A stretch of DNA of 64,000 bases from Fistulifera solaris (GCA_030295235.1 AP026136.1:248001-312000), one strand, 5' to 3'; numbered from the stretch's first letter, positions 1 to 12,539 are shown. Numbers and translations are program-made. The notes: a model not told the origin generated them from the letters alone.

Positions 1-488
1 CTGTTACTAAGTTCTCCTTCAAAGTATTTGTTTGTGAAAGTCATATCTTTCTTGCTCCGAGATAGCCTTCAAGAGTAGGATCAAAACCTAAATGTGCTTC
101 AGCATGCATGTTCATTTCATCTCGTCCAAATCCGCAACATAGTCGATGAAGACCAATAGGTGTATGTCGGATTTGTGGAGATTCCTTAGTCAAGAACTAG
201 AACAAAGTAGACTACAAACATAAGCTTCTTTTTCTCATTCTACTTCCTCTAAGTCCATTCATTACCAAAGAAAATCCAGAAAAAGCCAATCCTTCGCATC
301 GGCTTATTTCTACCCCGTATGTTTGAAAGAGCAAATCGCATGCAGATTTGCAGCCAATATTTGTCAGCAATGTTGTAAATTTTTACTAGTTTTTCAACCA
401 AGAGAATTTGTGAAATTATCTATCTTGAACAACGGTATCTTGAACAACGGTAATTGTTCAATGACACGCAAAATCAATGTAACGGTGC

Positions 489-899
489 TCAAGGTGCTTC
501 AGCATCCTTTCCGGCTTCCTCGGCATCTTTTGCTTTCTTCTGCTCCCAGTAGCTATCCATATCTTCATCAAGCTTTTTGCTGGCGACCTTTTCATCCTTC
601 ATCATGTAGTCGTCCATTTCCTTATCCAGATCTTCTTTCGTTTTCGGCTTCTCCTTCTGCTGGGGCTTCTTCTTGTCTTTCGGTATTCCTTGATACTTGG
701 CCTTATTCAACTTTTGCCTTTCCTTACGGGACATTTTGTTTTTGTCGGGAGTTTGTGACGTTTTGAGAAGGCTTCCTTTGGGCTCTTTGGCTTTCGTGCC
801 CTTCTTGATGACCTTCTTGTCAGCAGCGGCGTTCTGTTTGGCGCCCTGGGGCTTGTTCTTCGCCTTACCCTTTCTAGCTTGTGAATAGCTTCTGGCCAT
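489..899 (-). CDS. Small basic protein with C-terminal FoP/CHTOP duplication motif (UAP56-binding-like), putative mRNA export/chromatin factor
   Basis: 136-aa K-rich ORF with tandem motifs KTKEDLDKEMDDYM and KLDEDMDSYW matching the LDxEMDxY FoP_duplication signature. Confidence 0.75.
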   Translation of the reverse strand: MARSYSQARKGKAKNKPQGAKQNAAADKKVIKKGTKAKEPKGSLLKTSQTPDKNKMSRKERQKLNKAKYQGIPKDKKKPQQKEKPKTKEDLDKEMDDYMMKDEKVASKKLDEDMDSYWEQKKAKDAEEAGKDAEAP

Positions 900-1776
900 G
901 ATTTACGTTTGAATCAATTGAATTAATCGGAAGGTCTTGAAATCTTGCAATGATTCGAATAGCTTTGACATCCAACAGCAAATAGGGACGACGCCGGTCG
1001 GTCGTCGTTGTACTCAACGGATCACGAATCAATCATCAATCAATCGCGAAATATCACGAACCATCTGGCGTGCAAGGGAAGTACAGGTTGTCCCATACAA
1101 ACCTAAATGTCTCTGTTTGTTTTGGTGTCGGTCGGCTTGCATCCGGCACTTGATCTTGCACTGTAATCTGACACTAAAACCAAAAACAGGAACCATGCTT
1201 GCGTGACCGGATGACTTTTGTCCTTTTTCTGTCCGATGCCCCATGCATCTGACACCATAGCGAAGACGATCCGGAACAAGATTTCAAGACGACGACAAAA
1301 GCAAGACCATGGTACCGGTACCGGTAATGACCATGACCATGAATCTTTGAAAGATTAATCGGTTAGTATGTGGGCTTTTTGATTGCGCTGTGCTTTATAA
1401 AAGATAGTTATTCCACTTCACAATTAAAGACTTGCGTGGCGGTTGCCGTAAAAAAGCGGGACATGTTGTCCTAGTTCGCGTTTTCGTTTGCAATGCCAGC
1501 CAAATTGACTGACGAGCTTTCTAGACTACGTGAAAATGCAGACGCCCAGTTCTAGAAATGGACGAAAATGATTATTGAGAATCTTTAAGTAAACACAATC
1601 ATGACAAGTACATCGGCGCAATAAGCAACCCTTTCCTCGACGGCAACGGGTCGATCTTCCGCGTACGTTACCTATGAAACAATCATTAAGTCGATACGAA
1701 TGAAGAAAGCCCCCGAAACTATACCACACATTCCCCCCAAGAAGTTGACACATGACGCCGTTCGTGGCGGTTGCGC

Positions 1777-2058
1777 TTAGGCAGCGGCTTCAACGGCCGG
1801 AGCTGATTCCACTGGCGCAGCATCGGCAGCCTTCTTCGCTCCCTTCTTTGCTTTAGGAGCAGCAGCCTTCTTCTCCTTCGGAACAGCCTTGGCCTTTTTG
1901 GGAGCGGCAGCTTTTTTCGGGGCGGCCTCCTTCTTCGCAGCGGGGGCTTTCTTGGCTGCGGTTCCCTTCTTTGCCACTATCTTTTTCTGCTCGGCCTCGC
2001 TTTCCTTGGCTTCCTTAGTGGCTGTTTTGGCCGCGCGTGGGATCGATGCTCGAGTCAT
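1777..2058 (-). CDS. Lys/Ala/Pro-rich histone H1-tail-like protein
   Basis: 93-aa ORF with AAKK/APKK repeats and coding-like codon use (AAG, GCT/GCC); no globular winged-helix domain visible. Confidence 0.65.
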   Translation of the reverse strand: MTRASIPRAAKTATKEAKESEAEQKKIVAKKGTAAKKAPAAKKEAAPKKAAAPKKAKAVPKEKKAAAPKAKKGAKKAADAAPVESAPAVEAAA

Positions 2059-2550
2059 GCTGCTTAAATATAGAAAGTAGTTGATAAAACCTTTGGTTGA
2101 GCCTGCTTTGTAAATGATCCTTGTTGCGCTTTTTTGATTTTTTTACCAGAACCAAACGGACCTCGGATCGTCCAAACGGAGGTAGGATTTCTTGTAGAAA
2201 TCGTACCATGACATTTTCTCGAGAAAAACAATTCTGGAGTCTTTTGTCCGTAGATCTGTGTACACTTTGTACCAGAAGTTGCGTAGAGAAGTTGCATTTT
2301 TAGCGCATGCCCAAATTTACAAAAGCGGCGCATTGAGCCAAACGGATGTTCTGAAGTACACTTTTACTGTAGAATCATCGCCGTTCGGTCAAAGTCACAG
2401 CACGCCTAAAAATTCAAATTGACTACTGGTACGACAATATTGAGCGGAGGAGGCGGAGATGGAAAGCTTCATTTTGCGAGCTGTTGAAGATCCGATATAA
2501 AGTTGCAGCGCCCTCATGATGATGCTTCATACCCTAATTCCATCACAACA

Positions 2551-3402
2551 ATGATAGCACTCGGATTATTGACACTGCTGGCGACAGGATTAGATACTAC
2601 CAAGCGAAGCCCCTGGTCACCGGCGGAATGGCAAATTTTAGTGAATATCGGAAGAGAAGAAGGCTCCTGGATGCCCGAATCGTGGGCCGCATCCGGTGCT
2701 CGTCTTTCGTTTCCCATGGACGTGATGGTTGCCTCCGATTATACTGCAGAAAAAGACAAAGAGTACGAATTTATGGGCGGGAACTCCATGAGACTCCTTG
2801 TATTAGAAGACCCCACGTTTGTGAGTTCCGACGGGGAACAATTTATTGGTATCCGCGAAGAAGGGGCGTGGAAGATGCAAATGCCAAAACAACGCGGGGC
2901 CGCCGGGACTGTACGGTTTTGGATCGATGTGGAACAAGCGGATGGATTGAGCCAAGGTGTAGGAGCTGTGCGCAATGATGTGACGTTACCAGCCGAAAGG
3001 ATTTTCTTCATGTCAAAATGTTGGCGCGAGGAGGATTTAAAAATAGCTGCAAGAAAAATGAAGCCATATGAGACTGCAGCAGAAGAAGCTCAACGAAGAG
3101 TGGAAGAGCAACTCTCTCATGAAACTGGAGATCGACGACTGGATGGGACGGATCCATTGGAAACGGCTTTGGGAACAATCAGCATGGCGAAGTTGATCAA
3201 AGATCGAGATGACCGAATGAGGGACCTGAGAGAGGCTGAAAACAAACTACCACGGAATGCCGAACGCTTGAAACTAGGATTTTGGCCGGGATCTGATGAA
3301 AAGCTTGCTATTGGTGAGGGGACGATTGCTGTCAAGAGGAAAAAGTTGCTTGGGGATGAATTCCATATATTGGGGAAATGGCGAGCAGTTCCAAATTTAT
3401 AA
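2551..3402 (+). CDS. Conserved algal hypothetical protein with hydrophobic N-terminus
   Basis: Intact ORF; ATG 2551 gives MIALGLLTLLATG (signal-like), followed by globular-looking motif NIGREEGSWMPESWAASGARLSF. Confidence 0.7.
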   Translation: MIALGLLTLLATGLDTTKRSPWSPAEWQILVNIGREEGSWMPESWAASGARLSFPMDVMVASDYTAEKDKEYEFMGGNSMRLLVLEDPTFVSSDGEQFIGIREEGAWKMQMPKQRGAAGTVRFWIDVEQADGLSQGVGAVRNDVTLPAERIFFMSKCWREEDLKIAARKMKPYETAAEEAQRRVEEQLSHETGDRRLDGTDPLETALGTISMAKLIKDRDDRMRDLREAENKLPRNAERLKLGFWPGSDEKLAIGEGTIAVKRKKLLGDEFHILGKWRAVPNL

Positions 3403-3896
3403 GAACAACCCTCAACCATCATTGGCAAAAATAGTTAAATAGCGACTAGAGTAAACAAATTACTTGTATAGCTCTTCCATTTAGGTTCATTTACATCCTG
3501 TCACTTTTCTACCTTAGTAATTTTTCCAGCGCTCCTACATAGATATACTTAATGTCCTATAGTCAAAATCTTGCCACAGTAGAATCCAGTCATTCGATTT
3601 TTATTGGCACTCCCCACTACAGCCAAAGAATTCTCAACGAACAGCAGCGACAACGTGACGTTATTTACTTAAATGCTATCGTGCGACAATAAACAAAGCT
3701 TAAAAATTACTTAGACGCATTTCAATACTGGATGGATAGTTTAGGGAAAGTCCTGCGGTGGATGCAGAAGGAACATCGCGACGCTTTGGGTCCAAGCGGC
3801 CGGACATTGTTTTACTTTTTATTTTAAAGCGGCTTCTCTATTTGACATTGCATGTGTGGAAGCCTGTGCATGATTGCGCTTCATTTCTAAGAAAGC

Positions 3897-6800
3897 ATGA
3901 CGGCAAAAGTAGCTGAATCGGAGCCCGAGGCCGATCGGCTGCTGGTTCTGGGAAGACCCGATTACGATCGTTGTGACAACAAAGTCGTGTCGGCACGTTA
4001 TACGATCTACAACTTTTTACCTGTGGTAAGTAGCCGTTGGCCACTGGCCTTGATCCTCCCCCTTCTTCTATCACGGCATTTAGTAGAACGGACGAGGCTT
4101 TCTGTTTGTTATTTCGTCTCTTGTCGCATAAAACGATAATTCGGAAGTTGAATGGAGCTTGTGTTCATTACTGTTCCTGACGCTTCTCGTTCCTGCATTA
4201 CAGGCTACCATGGAACAATTTCGACGCTTCGCCAACTTGTATTTCTTAATAGTCGGTTTTATCATGTTTCTAGGCCAATACACTACTTTGTTTGAAACCG
4301 CCATTTCACCCTGGACGACGTGGGGTCCATTGGCAGTTGTCATTTCCATCTCTTTGTCGGTCGAAGGATCGGCCGACCGCAAACGTCATCGGAATGACCA
4401 GGAAACCAACAACGCGGAATGTGTAGTCATCCGAAGTGCGGCTGATATTGACAAAGATGAGGCGAAGCGAGATGAGCATATTTTAGGGGGAGCTGATGTC
4501 GTGGTGAACACTTCCAAATCCTATTTCAAGATGGAATCCTCGAGTGTACACGGCCAGGCAGACTCAATTGTCAAAATTGGTTTTCAAAAAATCCGTCGCA
4601 TGGATATCCGACAAGGACACCTTGTTTTAATCAAAAACAGAGAGATGGTTCCTGCCGATTGTGTCCTTCTCGCTAGTAGCAATGATCAAGGTGGGGCTTA
4701 CATCGAAACGTCGTCCATCGATGGAGAAACAAACCTGAAACTACGAAATAGTCCACAACTGCCAAAGGAAGTTACCAAAGCTCTGCGGAGCCAAAAGTTA
4801 AAGCCTCTGAAGGAAGTAGACGAGGAGATGGATGGAGAGGTGCATTTGTTCGAAAGCATTGAAACGGCCACGAAGCGAATTGCGCGATTCTCGGCGTTGG
4901 GTCATCCCAACGGAAGAACTGTGACAGAACACCCGACCTATCGCATCGATGAAAATTCGATGGCCCCCCAAACGGGTGCAGAGGCCCCTCGTCGTGGTCA
5001 TAAGTTTGGGCATTACATGGAGCAGAGGGGCAGCGTATCGGCCAAACATCCCGAACCAGGGGCGACGGATGTTGCGTATGTCGCGGCGTTGGTGACAGAG
5101 CCACCGAATGCGAGTGTTCATACCTTCGGAGGAAAGCTGACTCTTCCACCGTGGACAGTCGGGGGAGATTGCCATGACATTCCCTTGGGCGCGGAGAATG
5201 TTCTGTTACGTGGTGCTGTTCTGCGCAATACGGAATGGGCGATTGGAGTTGCTTTCTTTACGGGCACTGATACCAAGTTGATTCAGAACTCTCACGAGAC
5301 GCCTCCAAAATTCAGTCAGCTTGACAGACTGATGAATTACACAGTCCTGTGTATCCTCTGCATCATGTTCTTAACCATCTCCTATTTGGCTTCTCGGGCT
5401 GTTATCACAAATCGCGACGCGTTTGACACGCTGTTTTACGTCGGTTTTAGCGATAATGCCACCGAGCCTTGGCCATATCTTCCACCGGAACAGTTTGGAA
5501 ATTTGCCGCCTGACTGGACGGATTCCACGTACAACTGGTTACAGTATTTCCTCTTGTACATCACTCTGTTGACAAACTTTGTGCCTTTGAGTCTCTACGT
5601 GACGGTGGAAATTGTCACTGTGTGCAATCTGTGGTTTCTTTACGCCGATTTAGACATGTATGATGATACAACCGATACGAGAGCTACAGCCCGGAGCACG
5701 ATCATTACCGATTTGGGTCGTATTCAGTACATTTTCTCAGACAAAACTGGTACGCTTACACAAAACGTAATGCGCTTTAAGCGTTGTTCAGTCGATGGAA
5801 TGATATTCGGAGCGCCTATCCAGAAATCACGACCAGGTGAAACGGATGAAGATGATGACGAACCCACAAGTTTTCACCCAGTCCGTCAGCTTCTTGTGGG
5901 TCAGCTCCCGCTGCCGGCGTCGGCTCGGGGACTGGAAGGTCTTGGCGGCGAATCGAATGAACAACTTGATAATAAGCTCACATTCAATGCGGAAATGTTT
6001 CTTCGGGTGATGAGTTTGTGCCACACTGTAGTTGTCGAAAAGATATAGACAATAAAGAAGATATTGATGCAGGTGCTTCTACCAGCTCAGGACGATCGAG
6101 TAGATCAGGGATGTCGAGGCTGTTCGGTAGAAAACGCACAAGTACGAACGACTCACAGAGTGGCACTCCTCTGTCAATTGTCAACGAAAAAGCCGAGCTT
6201 GACAGAATCTTCATGGAAAAGACTCCTTTTCGCCGATCCAACTCGAACGAGTCTTTCGATCCAGCGACAAATCGTCGTGATATCAAAGGCCCTGACGGAG
6301 CTCCCTTGGGATATGCATACCAAGCGGAGAGTCCAGACGAGGGTGCGCTCGTCTCGGCAGCAAGTAGTACGTTCGGATTTCAAGTTGTTTCACGTGATAC
6401 GAGCGGAATAACGCTTCGAACGAAGTACATATCGCATTTCGAAGATAAACGACTCGTAGCTGGTCTTGTCGATAAAACTATCACAATGGATCGAATCGCA
6501 GCAGAGACGGCGAGCTCGCGTGAGCTACCTTCGTCTGTGGCCGAGGAAACTCCGTCGACTGCGCCACCCACACCCGTTGCCGAAAAGTCTGAGAGGCAGG
6601 ACGAAAAGTGGTCTATTTTGGCTGTGAACAAGTTCGACTCTGATCGCAAGCGAATGTCTATCTTACTTAGATCACCTCCTGAATTGGGCGATTTGCCCAT
6701 ATTGTTTTGCAAAGGTGCTGATTCTGCAATGTTGGAACCTGGAATTATAGCTAGTTCGCAAATAATAAGTGGTGATGGCGGCGCTCCCCCATCTTTCGCA

Positions 6801-9466
6801 GATATGCAAAGGCCCGCAGGCATTGATTCCAGGGGACGCGATGTATCTGAACTCTCGTTTGTCCCTGAACGTGACGATTTTGACGCCAATGGTGTTGACA
6901 CCGAAGGGTGGGAACTCGCACAAATGCTCGGCATGCAGTCTCATCTCGGAGATTTTGCTAGAGAAGGACTCCGCACATTGGTACTTGGGATGCGTATTCT
7001 TAGCGAGAGTGAATGTGAGAAATGGATGGAGCAATACAAGGCTGCTGCTACATCCATGACGAATAGATCCGAGTTACTAACTGAGGCTGCCAAAGAAATA
7101 GAACGCGATCTTCATGTTGTTGGTGCAACTGCGATCGAAGATAAATTACAAGTCGGTGTACCGCACACTATTTCACAACTCGAAAAAGCCGGTATCAAGC
7201 TTTGGGTGCTCACAGGCGACAAACGTGAGACTGCTATAGAGATCGGGTATTCCACCCACGTTCTTACACCCAAAATGCATTTGACCGAGGTTCCTGATAA
7301 CGGGGACGTTCATGTTCGGACCCAGATGGCCATGGAATTCATGCGTCTCATTAAAATTGGAAAGCTCCGCGAATACCAGAAATCCACGTTGGACGATTTA
7401 GGTCCGACGACAATGAAACTCAGGATGGAACGATTTATGTTCACTGCTGGGAAGCGTTATCGAGCTTTGAAACGGATTACCACAAAGTGGATTGCTGCCC
7501 TTGTTGCTTTGTTTGGCATGAAGGATAAAGCTAAAGCTTTGAACAAAGAAGTCGAACGGTGGGAACAAGAAGAACGGGATATTCTAGAAGCCGTGGAAGT
7601 CCGAAAGAGAACGCGTGCCCGAGCCGAAAAAGTCATCCAGGATTGGTTGCAATCAGACGAAGGAAAAGCAGCAAAGACAAGAACAGGTCAAAGCAGAGCC
7701 AACGGTCACGACGATGAAGAATTATCACTGGCTTCTGAAGAGGTACCTGGTGTTTTCAATAGAGCGTCCTCGGCCAAGTCGTTGTTGAGAAGTTTCACTG
7801 GGACAGGAAAATTGTCCCAACAGGAGGTGCGATCGCTTTCACTAGCTCATCTTACCGCTCAACAAGCAGACGCATCGGACAACGAACCCCTTGTTGACGA
7901 AGACGCGCTTTCGCTTGAAAGCTTTGTTCCGGGAGGTGATGCCAAAACTATGGACTATGATAAAAGGAAGCGAACGATTCTTGAACGGTTATTCGCAGTT
8001 GATAAACAAGTTCGAAAAGGTCGACTTATGAAACACATGTTCAAAGTGAGGCTTCAAGAAATCTCCGAGAGGAAACTTGAAGCAGGCCACACGGCACAAC
8101 CTACGAGCATGACATCGGGGCCTAGAGCACTGGTCATCGAAGGCGCTGCATTGAAGTCGCTACTTGGAGATCCTGAATTAGAAGGTATTCTTTTGCAGTG
8201 GCCAGTAAATGTGAAGCGGTAATTGCATGCCGTGTCAGTCCAAAACAAAAAGCGTTACTGGTAAATCTTGTCAGACGAAATGTGAAGCCCGAACCGGTGA
8301 CGCTTGCCATTGGAGATGGTGCAAATGACGTTGGAATGATCCAAGAAGCCCATGTCGGTATCGGAATTTCCGGAAAAGAAGGAAAGCAAGCAGTGAACGC
8401 TTCAGATTTCGCCATTTCTCAATTCCGATTTTTGGAAGAGTTGATTTTGATTCATGGACGCTGGAACTTTTTCCGTCTGAGCACTGTCGTCTTATTTTCC
8501 TTCTACAAAAATGCCGTCATGGCTGGGTCCTTGGTTGTGTTTGCCGGGCGTACTCTGTATAGCGGAACTCCTCTTTTTGACGAGTGGGTTATTGCCATGT
8601 TGAACTTTGTCGCCGCTTTCCCTATTATCTTCCTGGGTCTTTTCGACAGATGTCTGGATAAAGATTACGTAAAGCAGAACCCCGAAGTGTTCAAGGCAAC
8701 CCGAGAAAACGAGCTCATGACGTTCCGAACTCTCAGCCGCTGGGTTTTTCTTGTTTTTGTTCATATCTTCTCCATCTACTATCTCACTGTCCCGCCCCAC
8801 GGTGATGGTGGAGGTATCTCAACAGCTTGGAAGGGATTGATGAATGGAAGAGACGATGATCGACCCGGTGATGGTGAAGGTGGTGATCTGAAGAGCGTCG
8901 GGACAGTCGCGTACACGTGCATGATTTTCATGTTTGCCTACAAGGTAAGTTTTTGCGACATCTACAGCGGGTGCGATCAGGAATCGTGCATGACTCTGAC
9001 TCATGCTGTTTGACCAATTGAACAGGTTCTCTTTGAAAACAAGACGTTGATCCACGGTCGTTGGCCAGCCTTTACACTCCGCAAAGGTGTGGGAGAAGGC
9101 TTTTACAGTCGTCTAGCCTATACATGGCATGGTGTCATTTTTCTGTCCATCGGCTTTTACTTCTTCGGTATTTGCACGTATCAGCTGGTCGGCCGCATCG
9201 GAGCGAGTGACTTTTCCTCGTACGTGTACGTGCCCAATCACGTCTTTGGCACCCGCTCTATGAGTTGGATGCTGGTCACCTTTGTCCCCATAATCGCCAT
9301 TGGTTTTGATGTGTCTGGCAAAGTGTTTTCGAACATGTTTTATCCGACGCAAACGCAAATTCATTTGGAAATTGAATGCATGCAAAATATGGAGAAACAA
9401 CAGAATCGTTCTCTTAACAAGCAACCTAGTACCCAAACCGACAGTCGTATCACCGCGACGGCTTAG
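3897..9466 (+). CDS. P4-type ATPase (phospholipid flippase)
   Basis: Motifs EQFRRFANLYFL, IDGETNLK, VPLSLYVTVE, FSDKTGTLTQN, YQAESPDE, FDSDRKRMS, WVLTGDKRETA, GDGANDVGMIQEA; GT-AG introns 4026-4203 and 8945-9025; single-base frameshifts near 6040 (A-run) and 8193 (T-run). Confidence 0.95.
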
Positions 9467-9588
9467 TAAGGGAATATTTCACCCATTGTCATTGAAACCA
9501 GTCATACTTAATAATATGAGATCTTTTAGGAATCAATTTACTTTGCAGTTGTGTACCAAGCGATACTGTTCTTCACTTGTGCAACGCA

Positions 9589-10758
9589 CTACAGTGACAT
9601 GGCATCCCGAATGGCTTTCAGAGCATCCGACGATTCTTCTGCAGCCGATTCCGGCGTTGGCGCAATGACTCCATCACTGTTCGCTGCATTTTCTCTCAAA
9701 AACATTGGTTCGCCTTCTAAATCACCTACTTTCTGGAGAATATCACAACGCAAACTGGTCAAGGCCGGTGGTTCAAATCCCACAATTTGTTCGTCTTGTA
9801 CGATGGGTTGCAAGACCGTAACACCGGCTTCGACGCGTAAGAGTGTTTCGTCTTTTGCAAGCCACGCCAATCGGCACAATCCCACTTCGGCATCGGTCAG
9901 AATACGCGGACATTGAACAAAGACCCCACCGGGCAAACGCAAATTCCAACGATCGACCGGGGCACTCCCGTGCCAATCATCTCCTTCGGGTAATTCATCG
10001 ATGGTCCATCCCCGATTTCCATTCTGCGGACCCCACGTCCAACTGGTTCCCTGCCATTGTTTGTGCCACGCGTACGGTGGGACGGGACGATAGAAGCGAA
10101 TGTTGTCTGTTTCCGTCTCGGTTTCGGCCGTGGGTGGCACATTTCTCAAAGCTTCGCGCGAAATCAAACAACGGGCCAATTTCAATCCTTGTGGTGGACA
10201 GGATCCCGGTTCAATGTCACGTTCCCAGACTGGAGCATGTTGAAACAAAACACGGACCCGGGCGTCTTCGTACGATAGAATCAATTCGGTCGCCAACAAG
10301 CCCGATCGCGTCAAGGTGGGTCCCACAATTTGTGAATGAGCCGCCAAACGATGGCGCACCATGAGATTGTCGCGGGTGTATTGTGCGACCGGTATCGTTT
10401 GTGTTTCCATGCGATCAAAACACGTCGCACAATCGGACCGTGTCGCCCCCACGACAATCTGATGGGTTTGTTGGACTTTGTTTTCGTCAGACAGCAAATC
10501 CAAATCGACCGACGCCACCACTTCATCCAACACATCGCCCATATAATCGTAGGTCGTCCAAATTCCTTTCCAGGAACCTCGGGCGTGATATTGTTTGTAT
10601 AAATTCCATTGCAAATCGGGATCGTCGGGTTCGCCCTTTGAAGAAGTGAGGGAGGAAGACGAACGCGGTGAAGGACGAGTCCAACAAGGTGTAATGAAGG
10701 ATTGGTTGCCGTGTATCAGCCATGCCGTAAACAACAGGAAATGTAGTTTCATTATCAT
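9589..10758 (-). CDS. Putative plastid-targeted protein, DUF3598/calycin-like
   Basis: 389-aa ORF; signal peptide + S/P/R-rich transit peptide (…NQS-FITP); QWNLY…GSWKGIWTTYD and second-half WHKQWQGTSW resemble two-barrel DUF3598 proteins (family call from memory). Confidence 0.6.
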   Translation of the reverse strand: MIMKLHFLLFTAWLIHGNQSFITPCWTRPSPRSSSSLTSSKGEPDDPDLQWNLYKQYHARGSWKGIWTTYDYMGDVLDEVVASVDLDLLSDENKVQQTHQIVVGATRSDCATCFDRMETQTIPVAQYTRDNLMVRHRLAAHSQIVGPTLTRSGLLATELILSYEDARVRVLFQHAPVWERDIEPGSCPPQGLKLARCLISREALRNVPPTAETETETDNIRFYRPVPPYAWHKQWQGTSWTWGPQNGNRGWTIDELPEGDDWHGSAPVDRWNLRLPGGVFVQCPRILTDAEVGLCRLAWLAKDETLLRVEAGVTVLQPIVQDEQIVGFEPPALTSLRCDILQKVGDLEGEPMFLRENAANSDGVIAPTPESAAEESSDALKAIRDAMSL

Positions 10759-11180
10759 AATACTAAGGATTCAAAAACCGATCAACAATAGTCAATGGAA
10801 GGCTGCGCATTCACACAACAGGTGGAAGGAAAAACCTCACCATAGATTCAACAATCAGTTTATATTCTACGACGCGGCATGCATTGCATCGGAATGCGCA
10901 CGGCGCACATCCGAAACACGATGAGACGCGACACTTGCGTCACCAAGGAACCTTCGTCTACGTCACACTCCTCAAAAAATGTATCGTATTCAAGATTCCA
11001 AATTCCACATCCCGATCTCGAGAGGTTCCCGACACGAAATGCATTGCAAAATTACCGAGTAATAATCTATCTCTTATCATCGGATTAGAGCTATTGCTAG
11101 TTACAATAAGTGACGACCCAACCATCATACAAAATAGAAAGTCGTGCGATGAATGTTTTCCCTGCACACAGAGCTTTTTT

Positions 11181-12535
11181 TTATTCTTCCAATTCCCGCA
11201 TCCATTCTTGATGCAATACACCCGTTTCCGACAAGGCACACGAAGGGATTGGCACATCTTTCTCCACAATAACACCACGATAGAATGCGATGCCCGGACG
11301 TACTTCTTCCACCGGACATCCGGTACGTTGTGTCACGATTTCGGGAGGACCTATACACACATCGGCCACATAGTGATGCACCGTCGGGGCAAAGGATTTT
11401 ACTTTTGCAAATGGTGCAAGATTACCATCCATGACGTGGGGGCATGCGACAACAACTGCGTACACAACCAATTCCCCCACACGTCTCGTTCCGTGGCGGG
11501 AACATTGGCATGCACGTGCAACCATCCACCACAGTCTTCCTTCAGGGCCCGGACGGCTGTTTTCCAACCACCTTGACTGCTCGGCAACAACCCTAACGAG
11601 ACGCGATCAAATCGTTGATGACACCATGGGGCGTGTCGACAATCTCCCTCCAAGACAGTCGCCCGATCGTGGACTTGATTGTCTTTCAAGTTAAAGTGCA
11701 GCGCATGAACGGCTTCGGGATTCCATTCACACGCCACCACGTGTTTGGCTTGACCATGCACCAATGCCGGTAACGTAAAATAGCCAATGCCCGCATATAG
11801 ATCCAACACTTCTTCACCTTTTTGGACTAATGTTTGTCCGAAACGTATTTTTTCGGTAATGTTACCCCGACTAAACATGAGTTTCGTTATATCCAACGAT
11901 TGTCGTATGCCTTGTTCGGTAATCGTCATCCATCCTTCTTTCGGATAGGATCCATCGTGCCAAACGACCGAAAAAGTACTGTGACGGACTTTATTGTTGG
12001 GATCAATGGTCCCACGACGCACAATCCGACGACTGGAATACAAGGCAGCGAGACGTTGCCACAAGGAATCGTAGGAGATGTCTGTTGTGGAAGGGGCATG
12101 TCGTTGTATGTAAGACGACAATTCGATGGGATCCCACATGTTCGCTGGAATCACCACCGTCCGATCATCTCCCATGAGTTCTAATGGATGATGGGGACAA
12201 GTGGGTAATATTGTCGACAGATCCACTGGAATCATCATCGCAGTCTGCAAAAAATCAATTAGAATTTGTTGAATGGCTTTTGGATCGGGTGTAGAATTGC
12301 CCAAAATCGCAGACCGATACGGACAAAAGCAACGGCCAGATTCAACATTGGCAAATAATAATAATGATGATACCTTTTTCTTTTCTTCAATGACCGGAAT
12401 CGCAATCCGACCATCGGGTACGGGATGCATCCGTACACGAGGATGCAACAGTCCTTGTTGTGTCAATTGTGTTTTCCATCGTTTGGCCTCGGAGGCTTGT
12501 ACATATAAGACCGACACTTCTTCTCCTTTTGGCAT
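11181..12535 (-). CDS. TYW2: tRNA wybutosine-synthesizing protein 2 (Trm5/TYW2 SAM-dependent transferase)
   Basis: MFSRGNITEKIRF, VLDLYAGIGYFTLP, CEWNPEAV, DRVSLGLLPSS, GGWLHVHANV, KVKSFAP..HYVADV; one frameshift in an A-run near 11403 joins ORF 11399-12568 to ORF 11181-11567. Confidence 0.9.
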
Positions 12536-12539
12536 TGTG

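Noticed and set aside
1..300. Possible degraded coding remnant on the minus strand
   Set aside because: Multiple stops and no recognisable motif; cannot be supported.
421..452. Short tandem duplications in spacers (421-452; also ~40260, ~51160, ~51285, ~56434)
   Set aside because: Unrelated units of 2-3 copies, consistent with ordinary slippage.
3741..3760. GGGAAAGTCC resembling RNase P/MRP CR-I
   Set aside because: No matching CR-V/P4 partner within a plausible distance; it lies in the short P4-ATPase promoter/5'UTR.
11399..11410. Programmed ribosomal frameshifting (Euplotes-like AAR-TAA sites) as an explanation for split genes
   Set aside because: Shifts are of both signs with no shared slippery motif, some are not next to stops, and the NmrA paralog shows the intact run length. 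Sequencing error is more parsimonious.
10884..11576. 230-aa + strand ORF and other antisense/overlapping ORFs in the track
   Set aside because: Shadow frames of real genes with no motifs or coding-like composition.
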